A model generated the notes under the pieces. The model made no database searches, was not told the DNA's origin, and saw only the letters and a list, made by a program, of their open reading frames with translations. Positions 27,667 to 40,965 of a DNA stretch of 64,000 nucleotides are shown piece by piece (the first letter of the stretch is position 1; the number at the start of each line of letters is the position of its first letter). The stretch comes from Camelus dromedarius. Its lineage: Eukaryota. The DNA is taken from positions 66,776,001-66,840,000 of the forward strand of contig NC_087436.1 in assembly GCF_036321535.1 (NCBI RefSeq). Direction: 5' to 3'. The translations under genes were made by a program, and so were the position numbers.

Positions 27667-28218
27667 TGTTACCCTAAAAGTTAAAGACCCTGGTTCTTGT
27701 CATACCTCAAAGACAAGTGTGCAGTTGGCAGACAGTGTGTTGTGTAGCAAAAGATTTTAAAAGATTTATTCAAAAAGAAAAGAAACGTACACCCCCCAAG
27801 AACAGGAGGTGGGCTGACCCAAGGGAGGAAAAGCTGTGGATTTTCTCTCCCCTTTCTCTTATAGCTTCACTCAGAGGTGGTCTCTTGATTGATTGACGGC
27901 TGTTGTCCCTGGAATGCTCAGTCACGTTTGGCCCCTTTGCCCATGTCCTTACCCATTGTGTACACAGAAAATCCCACACAGGTGAGGGCTAAACTGCAAT
28001 GTTATTTATAATACAATGAACATTGGGTTGTGTCAGGTTAAGTCATTTCTGCTACCGCACAGTCGTGGCTGTCATGTTTTAACCAGTTTCTTGCTGACAC
28101 TCATTCAGAAGAAGTAACGTCCTTTTATGCTGGAGGCGGGCATAACACCATCTTCTGAACCATCCTCCCTCTCCTCCACTTATCTGCCCGATGCTTCCCC
28201 TTATCTAACTATCTAACA
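27667..28218 (-). mobile_element. ERV1-like solo LTR, sense to EPHA5
   Basis: TGTTA...TAACA terminal inverted repeats; near-TSD aaga/aaaa; minus-strand TATAAG near 27860 and AATAAA at 27770-27765; GC-richer than its flanks. Confidence 0.78.
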
Positions 28219-29074
28219 AAAATACTTATTAAACTATAAAGTATGAGTTTTAATTGTCATAACTATTATTTTTTGTCTAATTTTACACATCAAAGTCAAC
28301 ATCTAACCACATTCTATGCAACCACCAATACAATCTAAAATAGACAATGTATAAATATGCTTCTTTTAAAGTGGTTTTCCCATTCCTCATTTAATATGTT
28401 CAAGCATATAAAATTTTCCTAGGGTTGAGTATATCCAAATTTCTCTCTAGACAGGTATAGTTTAAATTTTAATCTAAATAGGTTTTTCTGATTCACTCTA
28501 TGTAAACAACTGATCTTTGTTTTTTGTTATAGGTTTAAGTGCCTAATCTTTAAAATGTTGAGGAAATTTTATTAGAGTTTTGCAAAGAATTTAAAGTAGG
28601 TAATTAATTCTATAAAATTTGACGTAGTAATGTCAGTCATTTTCTTCACTCACAAATATTTATTGATCCTCTCTTATCTACTCTATTACCCCTTCTATGT
28701 GATAGGGGTAGAACAGTGAAAAAGCAGATAATTTCTTGATGTGTTCCTTTTAAAAAGGGTAAGTAGCTTCCATAAACCACTGTAGTTATTGATGGTCTGA
28801 GTATACTCAACTTTATGACTGAATGTGCAAGACTTTTTCAATAATATTATACTTTCAGGTTCAGCTGTGATTGAATCGGTAATTTTCAGTAAGAACTGTT
28901 AAAATATATGTTCACTATTATTTGCATTTTGTTTAAAGGGAATTTGAGTTGGTGAAAAAAATCAAATCAAAATGAAAGATTTTGGTATATTTGGTATTAT
29001 TAGAATTTTTACATAAAATATTAATTAACATTTATATGTAAAGTAAGAATTTTTTTTTTTTTTACTAAAAAAGC

Positions 29075-29255
29075 ATAAGAATATCAGGGTTAGAATTCCA
29101 GCCATGTTATTAACTAAGTACATGTGTAAATGCGGGTATGTAGCTCAACTTCAGTTTGTTTTCTTCTTTAAAATGGGATGAAATTATTTATCAAGGGTTT
29201 TGTTAGAACATACAGATGGAAACCTAGACAATATACCTAGCACTCAGCATAATCT
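29075..29255 (+). mobile_element. MIR SINE, degenerate
   Basis: 'gggttagaattccagcc...cttcagtttgttttcttctttaaaatgggatga...cctagcac'. Confidence 0.55.
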
Positions 29256-29759
29256 TCTGAGCAGTTCTAGGTAAATTTGAATTGACCCTACAGCATGGTG
29301 GCAAATTCTTCTACTGAAAAGAAAAAAAGAATTAAAAAGCTTACATGATTATGACTGCTAACTACTGAAAAAAAAAAAAAAAAGAAATTGATAATTTGGC
29401 CAAAAAGAAAAAATATATTGCAAGGAAACTGGAATGTTGCTCCTTGAAATAATGTATAATTTAATATCATTTGAACAAAATTATAAAACATTCTGTCCGA
29501 TTTATCTACTAACATTATGTAGGTCTCAGTGGTTCCTTATGGCAGGTCTAATTGTACATTGTCTCTCTGAGTTTGTTGAATACAGTATGTCTGAAGGGAC
29601 TTAGCAAAGCTTATATCAAAAGGATCAAAACCCATACAGACACATTTTGAATTATCTAAGTATATTCTAAAATTTCCTTCTGATCGACTCCTTTACATCA
29701 TCTTCATACTATAATTTCCTTATATTACAAGGCTATCTACACATCTTCAACACCCACAA

Positions 29760-30100
29760 CCAAACGCTGCCAAGTCCTTGGTCAGGGTAGTGGCTTTTGC
29801 TGCCTTCATGCCCCAGCTGAGCAAATGAGCTACATTCCCCAGCTGCTTAGCAAACACTGTTCACATGCAGCGAGGGGAGGGCCTGAGCAGAAGGAGCCAG
29901 CTGGCAAACACCCTGCCAAAGGGCAGCTTCCCTTTGCCTCTGTCTTTAATTAAGAGATGGCAATGGGCCCATCACCATGCAGGAGCAGAGAGGCCCAATG
30001 ACCTCTATTAGAGCAGGGCAATCACAGGCAGAGATGCCAGCTGGCAAATGTGTGAGCCCTGGAAAGCTCTGCCACCTGTGTCTGGCCAAGAGCCATCCAA
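29760..30100. promoter_or_regulatory. Candidate intronic enhancer (E-box / NFI / homeodomain motif cluster)
   Basis: GC-richer island that I do not recognise as a repeat; CAGCTG at 29814, 29840, 29898 and 30038, CACCTG at 30073, several TGCCAA/TGGCA half-sites, TTAATTAA near 29947. Confidence 0.45.
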
Positions 30101-33017
30101 TAAAATGGTAGTGTCATTCTGAAGATTCAAAATGAGCTCTGGAAACCTATCAGGACACCCACCTCAATACATGGTATAAAAGCTCATTATCCTTTATTTC
30201 TTCCCTTCTGAAAGTGTAAAAAGAAAAAAAAAAACTTTTTGTGTATTTCATCGGTATGCTCAATAATTCTGCTTGGCAAAAAAGTCTGGGAATTAGTATC
30301 TTCACTGTAAAAAGGAAAACACTGACTAAAAGAAGGTAATGACTTCCTCAAAATTATATCTAAGAGTTTTTCTGTTTTTATAGCATGTAAGTAGGCAACT
30401 TGTTATTCATTTATTTAGGTTATGGATAGAAATCTTTTTTCCCAAATCATTTATTCTTATTTTGAATTATGTAGATAATAGAATGTATTAATATAGCATG
30501 AACTATAAAATATTAAACATAAACCAAATCTTACTGAATAAATATAACTTATACAATGAACTGTAAAGAAAATATTTCAACATGGATAAAATTAATTTGA
30601 AGGAATATTAATAGAAAAGGACTCTGCCACATCACTTATGGAGTAACTGTTTTAACAGAAGTAGTAGCTCAAAGGAAAAAAAAAGATAAATCCTTGATTC
30701 TAATGAATATTTTGTATATGAGACTCAAGCATATGCTGGGAAGTAAAAGTAAAAACAATTGAAGGTTACTCATAAGAGGAAAAAATTAGAACAATTTCCT
30801 TACAGATCACAAAACAAAACAAAAAACACCTCAGACATTGGTCCAGTTAGTTGCGTCAGGTAAAGAAAAACGATGCAGGAAAATAAGGACTTGTCAAACT
30901 TTTAGTCTTCCTGCAGTTGAACTTTATTTCATCTAAGATATGTATGTTTCATCTAAGATGTTTTTGTATATATTCAAATATATAGTTTTTGGTGTATAGT
31001 TACTTTAAGATGCCATTATGAATTCCAATTTCTTTTAAAGTCAACTTTAATTATAATAAAATTCTGAGACTTAAAAGTGTTTATAAAAGAACTCATGTCT
31101 AGCTTTGCATTAGTATGCAGTAATAAGGTTTACCAAAACTTGAAAAAGGAATGTAAACCTTAATTTAACAAATTTTTTTTTGGATACAGCATTTATTTAA
31201 ATTGTAGACTTCCAGAACTTGCAATTCAGTTTGGACCACTACTCCCAGAGAAACAGGGATTGGAGGGGGAGGTGGATATTAATATCATAACATTTTACTT
31301 GATTTACTCTATTTTTTTTTTTTTACAATAGACACTGTAAACCTTATCCCAACAAAACTTTGTCTCAGAGATATTTTCTTAGAACAATCTTGGTGAATAA
31401 TCTATTTGATAATATATGTTTTGAAATACCTTATAAGTATCTTCATTTATGTTTCCTAATAATCCAGTGGTTACATATAATGCTACCAGCAAGTCATTCC
31501 TAGAAATACAACTATTTCAAAAATAACTGCTTTTCTATTCATCTATTTATAAAACCAATATATGAGCATTGTACAGATACCCAAAACCTAGAAAGAATAT
31601 GTAGATAGCCCCATCCTCCCTGACATAAACTCTACTGTTTTATTCTCTGTTGGGTCTTTACACTGGTAATTGTTGACTCAGTGATGAAAGAAGCAATTTT
31701 TTAAAATGCTATGAATTACTTCAGTGTGTTTCACTGTATTTACATACACTCTTTTATCTATGCATATATACGGCATGTTGAATTTTTAAGTAATTTTCAT
31801 CAATGGGATATCAGTATTTCTCATGATATGTTCGTATTAGTATAAGCGGAGCCATTTATTCCCTCTTTCATTTCCAATGTCCTAGCTTGGACAATTTCTT
31901 GGGTATTGCAAAGTAAGCTTTTGAACTTCCTCCACCCATCTTCACCCTTCCTTAAAAGAAAAGGAGAATGTCTCTGGGAGTTTGGGAGAAGCAACTGGAT
32001 AAGTGTGGCTGAGCCCTTCCTTCCCTTGTCTTTTGGGATTTGCTTCTCTGCATTATGTCAGCAATCTTTACCACCTTTACTTCCACAGGAACACACGTCT
32101 GGGTCAGGGTCTTCTACTCACCTCTTAGAGACTGGTTTGGGCACTCATTTGTCTTTACCTGGTCAATTAAAACTCAAGTTGTTCTAAATAGTGTATGTCA
32201 CTCAGATCTAGACTGTACAAAAATCACAGTAAAATGGGGGTGGGAGTTGGAGCAAGACTCATGGTGTCTACATATCTAAGCCAAATGCTAAAGTCCAGCT
32301 TTAGAAATTATAAATTCATCCTTAGCTTCCATCTGTGTTATTCCTTTACCAATAGCTCATCTGGTTGTGGATTCAGAAAAGAGGGAGAGGGATGATTACT
32401 GCCTTTAGATTGCAACAACTGTTACGGCAAAACATGTTACAGTGGACCTGGGTGCCAACTCAGGGAAGGCGACGAAATCAAGAAAGTAAAGACAATGTGA
32501 AGCACACATTTCCAGTTTTATGCCCTCAAATTTTAAAATAAACTGTATGCTACAGTGTTAGATTTTGATTACAGATTTTTTAAACTTACACAGTATATGT
32601 GTATACCTCATCTGCTTATACTTCCTTAACAGTGTAGGTATTATGCAGGGTTACTGGCCATGAGAATGTGTTTTCCTTGTAGTACACTGCAGTCACTACT
32701 GAACATTAACAACTTCAGTGTTTGGGACACACTGAAGATGTCCTATGATGTCATCTTTTAATGCTGTGAACCCTGGTTAAGCTGATGCTAGACTATAGGC
32801 AGTATTCTGGCAGTGTAAACTATTTGGCAGGAGCAGAACACAAATAAAGTGCTCCCTGTACATTTCTAGCTTCCATAATCATGACTGCAGATCAATTGTC
32901 ATTGATCTACACAGAAAATTGCAACACGCTTTTATTCAAATTGGATAACTGCAGTTGCTAAAATTAAAAAAGAAAACAGAAAGACAGAAAGGACATTCTT
33001 TATTCTGTTAGTCCCAC

Positions 33018-33142
33018 CTTTTCAAAGTATTTGATTTCATACTCCAGGATGATTCCATTGGGGCGATCTGGCTCTTGCCAAGACAAAGAGATGCTGTTTT
33101 TTGCAATCTTCCCCTTTTTCACATTGGTGACTGGAGAGGGGG
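33018..33142 (-). CDS. EPHA5: EPHA5 internal coding exon (probably exon 6), N-terminal half of the 2nd fibronectin type-III domain: (A)[41 protein letters not shown]
   Basis: Translation has the Eph FN3 motif LSW..P..PNG.IL.YE.KY.EK. Minus-strand acceptor ...tattttgcag| and donor |gtggga; 125 nt, phase 1 to 0. Confidence 0.96.
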
Positions 33143-34049
33143 CTGCAAAATAGTAATGCAGAGTAGCATGATTAACAGGGCCTTGAAACAACAACTGTGT
33201 GTAGCATATATTAGCATTCTTGAAAAGTGGCATAATAAAAATCTCAAATAATTAAATTTTCTTTTAAATTGATAGCAATTTAACTTTACATAAGTTTTTA
33301 CAGATTGCAAAGTGTTTTAAAATATAAGTCAACTAATATTCTGAGAATTTTCCATAATAAAATTGTAGTCACATAGACTCTTAAGTCCACATTTTCTCTA
33401 TAAAGTTTCGAAACACAAACTATCTTACTTTTTATAGAATAAAGATGTTCCTGATGACCTTATATATCTTCTATGTTTCTAAAATTTGTGGACTCTGTAT
33501 AATATGTCACATTATGCTAATATATACATAATTATCTATATTACCACATTTTCTCAACATTAAGGCTCTTTGCTTATCATTTCTTATATTTGAAATCATA
33601 TGGGTCCTATAATCATTAACACATTCATATTTTAAATATAGTGAAGGTTTTCCTTCAAAAATATGCTACTAAATATGTGGCCTATATTGAAAACCATAGT
33701 AAATAAAAGAAACATTTTCCTTCATTTCCATTTCCCCCAAATATTTCATTAGAAATAACAATCACTTGTGTTCATTGCTGTTTGCCAGTAACTATTAAAT
33801 GACTACTTTTATGATGAAAAAAGAAAAAAATAGTCTATTTTGGATATTTCTGAATGTTTTGAATTCCTACACATATGACTATTTGATTCAACATTCAGTT
33901 TTTTCAATCTGCTGATTATTTGTATAGGCTCTGGTATTGATACCATAAAGAGGCCTTGACTAATATTTTTCTTGATGTAGATGACCTTCATTTTTGTAGT
34001 TTTCAGCTTTTATAGAAGACACAGGGAAAAAACCATCATAGATTAATAA

Positions 34050-34150
34050 ATGGTGTATATATATGTATGTATGTATATATGTGTGTATTTGTAGGAAATA
34101 GAGAAGTAATATATAATATATATGTATATTATATATAATGTACATATAAT
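34050..34150. repeat. (TA)n/(TATG)n low-complexity tract
   Basis: Read directly from the sequence. Confidence 0.75.
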
Positions 34151-34479
34151 AAGATAGAAAAGATGTGAGCAACAGTGAGTGGTATATAATCAGAGGCTGA
34201 GACCTCCGTGAACGGATGAGATATCTGGTGAGATTAAACTTTGTATCTGTGTTATACATATGAACATATATATATAGTTTCTAACTATTTTAACTTTCAG
34301 CATTGTTCAGACAAAATAACACACTGTAATTTGTCATGTTTAATTGTTTTTCCACTCCTCAGAAAATCAAATCAGAGGCTACAGACAGTAGGAACAAAGT
34401 TTAGAACTGTTTGGTGGGTACAACATGAGTGTGAAAAGCAGGCTGGGGAAGAGGCTCATCGTTTAAAAACAGGAACGAG

Positions 34480-35035
34480 ATCAAGTCACGTCTCTGCTTA
34501 AAACCCTCTGTGCCCCTGTCTCACTGCAGAGTGTAACCCACATGTGGACTGCAGACCAGCATCTACACTCCCGCTCCCCACATCCTCTCTGACCTCACCG
34601 CCTCCTGCAACTGTTCCCCAGCAGCTCTGCCCAGATGTCTGTCCTTAGGCACTTCAGACGAACTCGTACTCGTGCCTAAGTATCTTTGTATTTGCATCCT
34701 ATTGTTTAGAGGGGCTTCTCACCCTGACTTCTCCAGGGCTGTCTTCACCTCTGAGTTTCTTCCTGAGACCTTTCCTGCCTACTCTGTCCCTCAGCCCCCC
34801 TCACCTTGCCATGTTCTCGGTTCCTTCAGTATTTTATTTTTCCCTTTAGCTCTTGCACTTGTACCATCTGATATGCATCTTAATTCTATATTTGCTTTTT
34901 TCAGTCCTTTCAAGTAGAATGTAGTTTTTATGAAGACAGGGATATTATTTATTTCATTCACTGCTGAGTCCCTAGATCTAGAACAGCACCATAGCAGAGG
35001 AGGGTCCAATAAATGTGTATAGAGTAAATGACGGG
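34480..35035 (+). mobile_element. L2 LINE 3' end
   Basis: 'tagaatgtag...tgaagacaggga...ttcactgctgagtccctagatctagaacagcacc...caataaatg' L2 terminus. Confidence 0.7.
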
Positions 35036-35403
35036 TGGTAAAAAATCAAATATAGGGAAAACTTTAATTTTTAATTATTTATTCTGTCAACAAACTCATC
35101 TATGAAACTCAAGGATGAAGTATCTTTTAATAAAATTAAAATAGAGATAGATATAACCTATTAAAGCAAAATTAGTTAACTGTCTACTATTTTATGTACC
35201 CATAATAGGGTGATAATGACTTTCATACTGTAATTTGTAGTTATATTCTATTAACCATAGAGCTTTGTGGTATTCAGATTCAGAGGTTGTATAACTTCAG
35301 CTTTATCCTCTTTTCTTAAACATGTACAGTTCCACAAAGTTTTCTAGAGTACTATAGAACACGTATGTGTAATGTGAAGCCAAAATTGTCTAAAGGTAGT
35401 TTT

Positions 35404-36214
35404 ATTTTATTTTTTATTGAAGTGTTGTTGATTTACCATGTTAGTTTCAGGTATACAGCAGAGCAAATTTTTAACATATACGCACGCACACACCCACCCA
35501 CCCATATTTCTGGATTCTTTTGGATTATTGCTTATTAGAAGAAATTGAATATAGTTCCCTGTGCTATACAATAGGTCTTTGTTGTTTGTTTTATATATAG
35601 TAATGTGTATATGTTGATCCCAAACTCCTAATTTATCCCTCCCCCTCTTTTCCCTTTGGTAACTGTAGTTTGTTTTCTATGTCTCTGAGTCTATTTCTGG
35701 TTTGTAAATAAAATTGTATCCTTTTTTAGATTTCACATATAAGTGATTTCATATGCTATTTATCTTTCTCTGTCTGACTTACATCACTTAATATCATAAT
35801 CTCTAGGTTCATCCATGTTGCTGCAAATGGCATTATTTCATTCTTTTTATGGCTAAGTAATATTCCATCGTGTGTATGTGTATACATATATATGTATATA
35901 TAAACATACATGTATTCCTATATATATATATATTCCATTGTATACACACACACACACACATACCATAACCTATTTATCCATTCATCTGTCAATGAACATT
36001 TAGGTTGTCTCCATGTCTTAGCTATAGTAAACAGTGCTGTTAAGAACACTGGGGTGCCTGTGTCTTTTCAAATTAGAGTTTTCTCTGGATATATGCCCAG
36101 AAGTAGGATAGCTGGATCATATGTTAAGTCTATTTTTAGTTTTTTAAGGACCCTCCATACTGTGCTCCATAGTGGTTGCACCAACTTACATTTCCACCAA
36201 CAGTGTAGTAGGGT
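35404..36214 (-). mobile_element. 5'-truncated L1 (ORF2 C-terminus plus 3'UTR)
   Basis: ORF 36068-36289(-) gives the L1 ORF2 peptide [13 protein letters not shown]...[22 protein letters not shown]-rich tail; 15-bp TSD tct[a/g]aaggtagtttt at 35389-35403 and 36215-36229. Confidence 0.92.
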
Positions 36215-37819
36215 TCTGAAGGTAGTTTTGAAATTGCAGTTTATTTTCTTCCATGGAAATTGTACTTGACTGGTAGTTATTACAGTCACACTTCAGCATA
36301 GGTTCAAAGTCCCTACTGATGTCCTTGGGAGGGAAAAGTCATGCCATATTCAGTACTGTGGACAAAGTATCCAGAAGGCATGGAGACAGAAAAGAGGAAG
36401 CTGTGGGTCCCCCAGTTCACCACAGTGTTTGTAGCAAGATAGCAAATTTACTGAAGTAGAAACAGTACCAGAGAATTAAGGAAGACAGTGGAATTTTTAA
36501 ATGTATTTTGTTCAATAGTGAAAATCTTTATGAATTATCTTAAATGATAAATTACAGTTGCTTTCCCATTACCACTATATATTTATTGTATGATACTTTA
36601 GTAAAAGATCCAGACAAAGACTGCCTTTAAAGTTCTTCACTCATTTGCTATATTGCAGACATCCTCATTTTGATTGATATATTTCTTATAGATAGCTGTC
36701 AGTTTTCACTTAATAAATTGATGGTGTTGCCAATTTTCTATTTATAGTTGCATTTAACATGTATATTCCATGAAGGCAGGAGTTAATTTGGTTTAGTTCA
36801 CTGCTATATCTCTGGTACTAGAAAATTACTTGGCACATAGTTATTTCATAAATATTTGTCAAATGGATGCATGCAAGAATGAAGGAGTGGGAAATACACA
36901 CATCATCAGGTATCATTCAAAACTGAGTTTGTCTCACCTTACATGCATATACTAGGATCTTATTAGTTGGGGATTTATGCTTTATTTTAGAACAATTCTT
37001 TAATAAAATAATCAAGCATTTCAGTGTGAAGTTATCAAATAAATATCAACTCAGACACAACCAGCTTGAAGGAAAATTCTTTGCAATTTACATACATTCA
37101 TCAAAGTTAAACATAAATTGTGTAGTTTTCAAAGACTGTTCAATTTAATAAACACTAATGTTTTCCAAACTTAGTTTCTCAGAAAAAAAACAGTACCCTT
37201 TAAAACATGGTTCAGAATGGAAGGAGACCACTTCTCAGCTCAGAGTAGGTCAAGGATTATTTGCTCTGCCAAACCATCTCTGCATCATCTGATCAAAGTG
37301 GGGACACTGACAGCTCCTGGGGACAAAACTATGATGCCCAAATTATGACTGGCAACACTATTTTCTCACTGTAAAGTATTTTACAGATCACATGCAATTA
37401 AAATAGCTGTAACAAGACCTGTCAGCATCAGGACATGTTTAATTTATCTCATTTATCTCCCTCACTAATACCTTTTACTCATTCTTTATCCACTTGACCT
37501 CTTACGAAGTAAGCCTGGAACAAAATGAGAATGATGACTTAGAGCTGCCTGTAAAATTGTGCTAGATGATGTTAAATCTTAAAACTACGACTGTCCTCAG
37601 GTAAGAAGAACAGAAATACTAGAGAAATCAAGTTGTGAACAGAACAAAATAATTCACAGAACTTCTAAGTTTCACCTTCTGTATATGTGGAAACATTTCA
37701 AAATGTTTCTGTATTGTAGCTTCTATGTTGGAGGTGAACTTTGGGTACTTATATAATAAGCAAGATATTTATCTTTTAGTAACATTTCCCATTATGGACT
37801 AATTTGTCTGGTTGAATTA

Positions 37820-38960
37820 AAAATCTTAAATTGAGAATAGTTTTATATTTATAGCAAGATTAGGAAGATAGTACAGAGAGACCCCATATATCCCACACCT
37901 AATGTTCTCTATTAGAAACATCTTACAACAGTACAGCACATCTTATTAGTTGGAGATTTCACAGTTAATGAAACAATACTGATACATTATTATTAAAGTA
38001 GATATTTTATTGAGATTTCCTTAGTCTTTACTTATTATCATCTTCCTAGCACAGGCATGTCATATTACATTTAGTTACCACGAATCCTTAGGCTTCTCTT
38101 GGCTATTTCTCAAACTTTGCTTGGTTTGATGACTTTGACAGTTTTGAGGCACACTTATCAGGTATTTTGTAAACTGTGTCTCAGCTGGGATTGACTGGAT
38201 GTTTTTCTCATGATGAGAATTGAGTTATGAGTTTTTTGGAGGAAGACTCCAGAGGAAGACTGCCATTTTCATTCCATCATATCAAGGCTATAGCAGATCA
38301 ATATAACTCATCACTGTTGGGTTCACCTTGATCATCTGACTGAGGCAGCCTGATCAGCTTTCTCCACTCTCAAGTTATTCTTATTCCAGTTTTCAATAGT
38401 GTACTCTTGGGAAGAAAGTGACTATGTGTGGCCCACACTCAAGGAAGGAAGTGTTATGCTCTACCTCCATAAGGTCAGAGTATCTGCACAAATTAATGTT
38501 TATTCAACTTATTTATTTATTTAATCACTTCTTTATATCCATATGGAATATGGACACATGGCTTTTTTATACTTTGGCTTACAATCTAATACATTAATTT
38601 TTACCCAAATTGTTAGAACTTTGGCCATTGGTTACTCTTTCAGTTAGCTACTGGGGTATGGCTTCTAGACCCTCTCAGTTGACAAAGTCAGGAAGTAAGT
38701 ATGTGCATGTTAACTTGTGTACATCTATAAACATTCCTACACAAAGCTATAGTTATATGTGTGTATACATACGTGTATATTAAGCTAAACATGAGTATAC
38801 ACTGATATCACCAGTTATCACATGGATCATTCTAGCCTCTTCACTCTAACTGATCTGCAACCTCCGATTTCAACAGTGACTCCCACGATTTGCCATTCAC
38901 TTACTTAATTGGTTAATTCCAGTATATATGTCTAGTGACTAAAGAATTGCCAATCTGTGT
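37820..38960 (-). mobile_element. Old L1 (L1MC-like) 3' region
   Basis: 'gaagatagtacagagagaccccatatatccc...gatgactttgacagttttgagg...tcaggtattttgta' L1MC-type 3'UTR motifs. Confidence 0.75.
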
Positions 38961-39134
38961 CTATTTGACTTATGGATAATTACATAATATAGAAATCTCT
39001 AACATCTCAATGGTACAAGCAATGATATACAAAACTCTGCTATCTGTTATGTGAAACAGTATGTTGTCCAACTTTTCAAATATCGAACCTAGTTTAGGGC
39101 ACAGTGTCACCAGATGGGAAGGCATGCATGCCAT

Positions 39135-39360
39135 GGCACAGACAGCTTTGATGTTGAGTAGAAATGGCTTCAAGTCCTTTGGCAAAGAATCATTTCCTAG
39201 CTGAGTTACCCTGTTTAGAATACTTAACCTCTATGAATGCATGCTTTATCTTTAAAACAGGAACAATGATGCAAACTTTTTGTAAGATTGAATTCTGATT
39301 CTGTATTGCAATATCAAGTATAGAGTAGGTACCAATTAAATGCTGTTTATAGTAATATTA
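39135..39360 (+). mobile_element. MIR SINE
   Basis: 'tacttaacctctatgaatgcatgctttatctttaaaacaggaacaatgat' core. Confidence 0.55.
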
Positions 39361-40169
39361 GTTGTAAATATTGACAATTGTTTTAGAAGACTTCAATAAT
39401 AGATTCTCCATAACTCATTAATCCTTTCAGACTTTCATCAATCAAAATTAACTTCTGAATGCTGGATGAGATCAAACAGCAAAGCACCTATATGGTAAGA
39501 ATTTTTACTTTTCCGTGTCCAGTGAATTTCACAACTCTACATAAATAAATAGTTATAGGTAAATTTCCTTGATCATCACAGATTTTTTTTAAAAAGCTAA
39601 AGTGTTTAATTTTAAGTGTTAACTAAATGACAATAATTCACTTAATATAGACTGATGTCTGCCTCATTATTCAAAAGAAAGCTATCATAATGAAAACATG
39701 AAACTTAATCATGTTAAATGGAATACGAAAGTACCATTCATCAGTCCCTGTACCCAATGTTATTTGTGTAGACAAAAATAAACTATAGACTCAAGTATTG
39801 GTTACTTGTATTAAAAAAAACAAATAGTACATCTCTATGCTTTTGACTTATCCATGTAAAATTTGAATCTTAAAGCATTGAGAAAGATAAGATAATTTTG
39901 AAATCTTTTCAGTGTGTGAGTCCATGAATGTGTTAAAACTTCTCCCACGGGCACTTCTTTTACTTTCCTCCAAAAAGTCCCTCCACGTGAGTAATATATT
40001 ACTTTATTTATATATAAGTTTTAAAAATACATGTATCTTATATTTAATTCCAGAGGTCAAAATCTGGCCAAGTGGATCATCAATATCTTCCAGCTGGAAG
40101 CTACCACTCATCTGTGCTACATCCAGTTCATCATATTTAGGTGTTTCTTGTTATCCGGATGGGTCTGGG

Positions 40170-40312
40170 CCAGTTTTTCTTAGAAGTACAGATTAGTAGG
40201 CTTCTCTCTAGGAAATTCTGACTCAGGAGGTCAGACTGTGGACAAGGATTCTGTGATTTTTAAAGACTCCCCTTGAATCACTTTATCAGTCAGTCATTTT
40301 AGGAAGCACTGA
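40170..40312. mobile_element. MER5-like hAT-Charlie remnant
   Basis: 'aaattctgactcaggaggtc...ttttaaagactcccc...ggaagcactg'. Confidence 0.5.
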
Positions 40313-40799
40313 AGGCAAATCATACTGGAATCAGTACTTCTTTTAACAAAGTCATATAAACTTAGAAACCTGAGGCTGGAAACTGGATCGGTGTGGTTTT
40401 GCGAACTGCTGCTGTCTTAAACTTCTGGCTCACTCTTATTGCCTGTTATCTTTATCTCTGATACCAAATTTTCCTTTCCTCATTTGGAGATTATTTTTCT
40501 TACAGTTCACATTTTCCTGATCCTTTAGTATTTTTTTCTGTAAATTAATTTGTTTGTTCATTTATACCTAATCTGCATTAGTTCAACCAGACTATAATCT
40601 CCATAAAATTAGAAAACTCGTGTGCCTTTTTCACTATTGCATGCTGAGTTTTTAGAACAGTTTCTGGATGATACTAGACACATAAAAATTTTGATAAGTA
40701 AAGAAGTGAATAAACAATTATCTGCATTCTGCTACAATAGGTTTGTTTGTTTTCTAGCGTTTTACATAAATGAAGTCATATAGTATATCCTCTTTTTGA

Positions 40800-40965
40800 T
40801 TGGGTTAATAAGGGACATGAGTAATTGTTGGGACAAATAGATATGATCATTATCTTATTTGTGGTGATATCTCACAGGTGTGTAGAAATGTTTAAAACCT
40901 ATCAAATTGTACTCTTAATATGCAGTTTACTGTATGTCAATTATACAACAATAAAGACGCTAAAG
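40800..40965 (+). mobile_element. Old L1 (L1ME/MD-like) extreme 3' end
   Basis: 'tatcttatttgtggtgat...atcaaattgtactcttaatatgcagtttactgtatgtcaattatacaacaataaag'. Confidence 0.7.

Noticed and set aside
35910..36269. 119-aa ORF
   Set aside because: Antisense reading of an L1 3' end.
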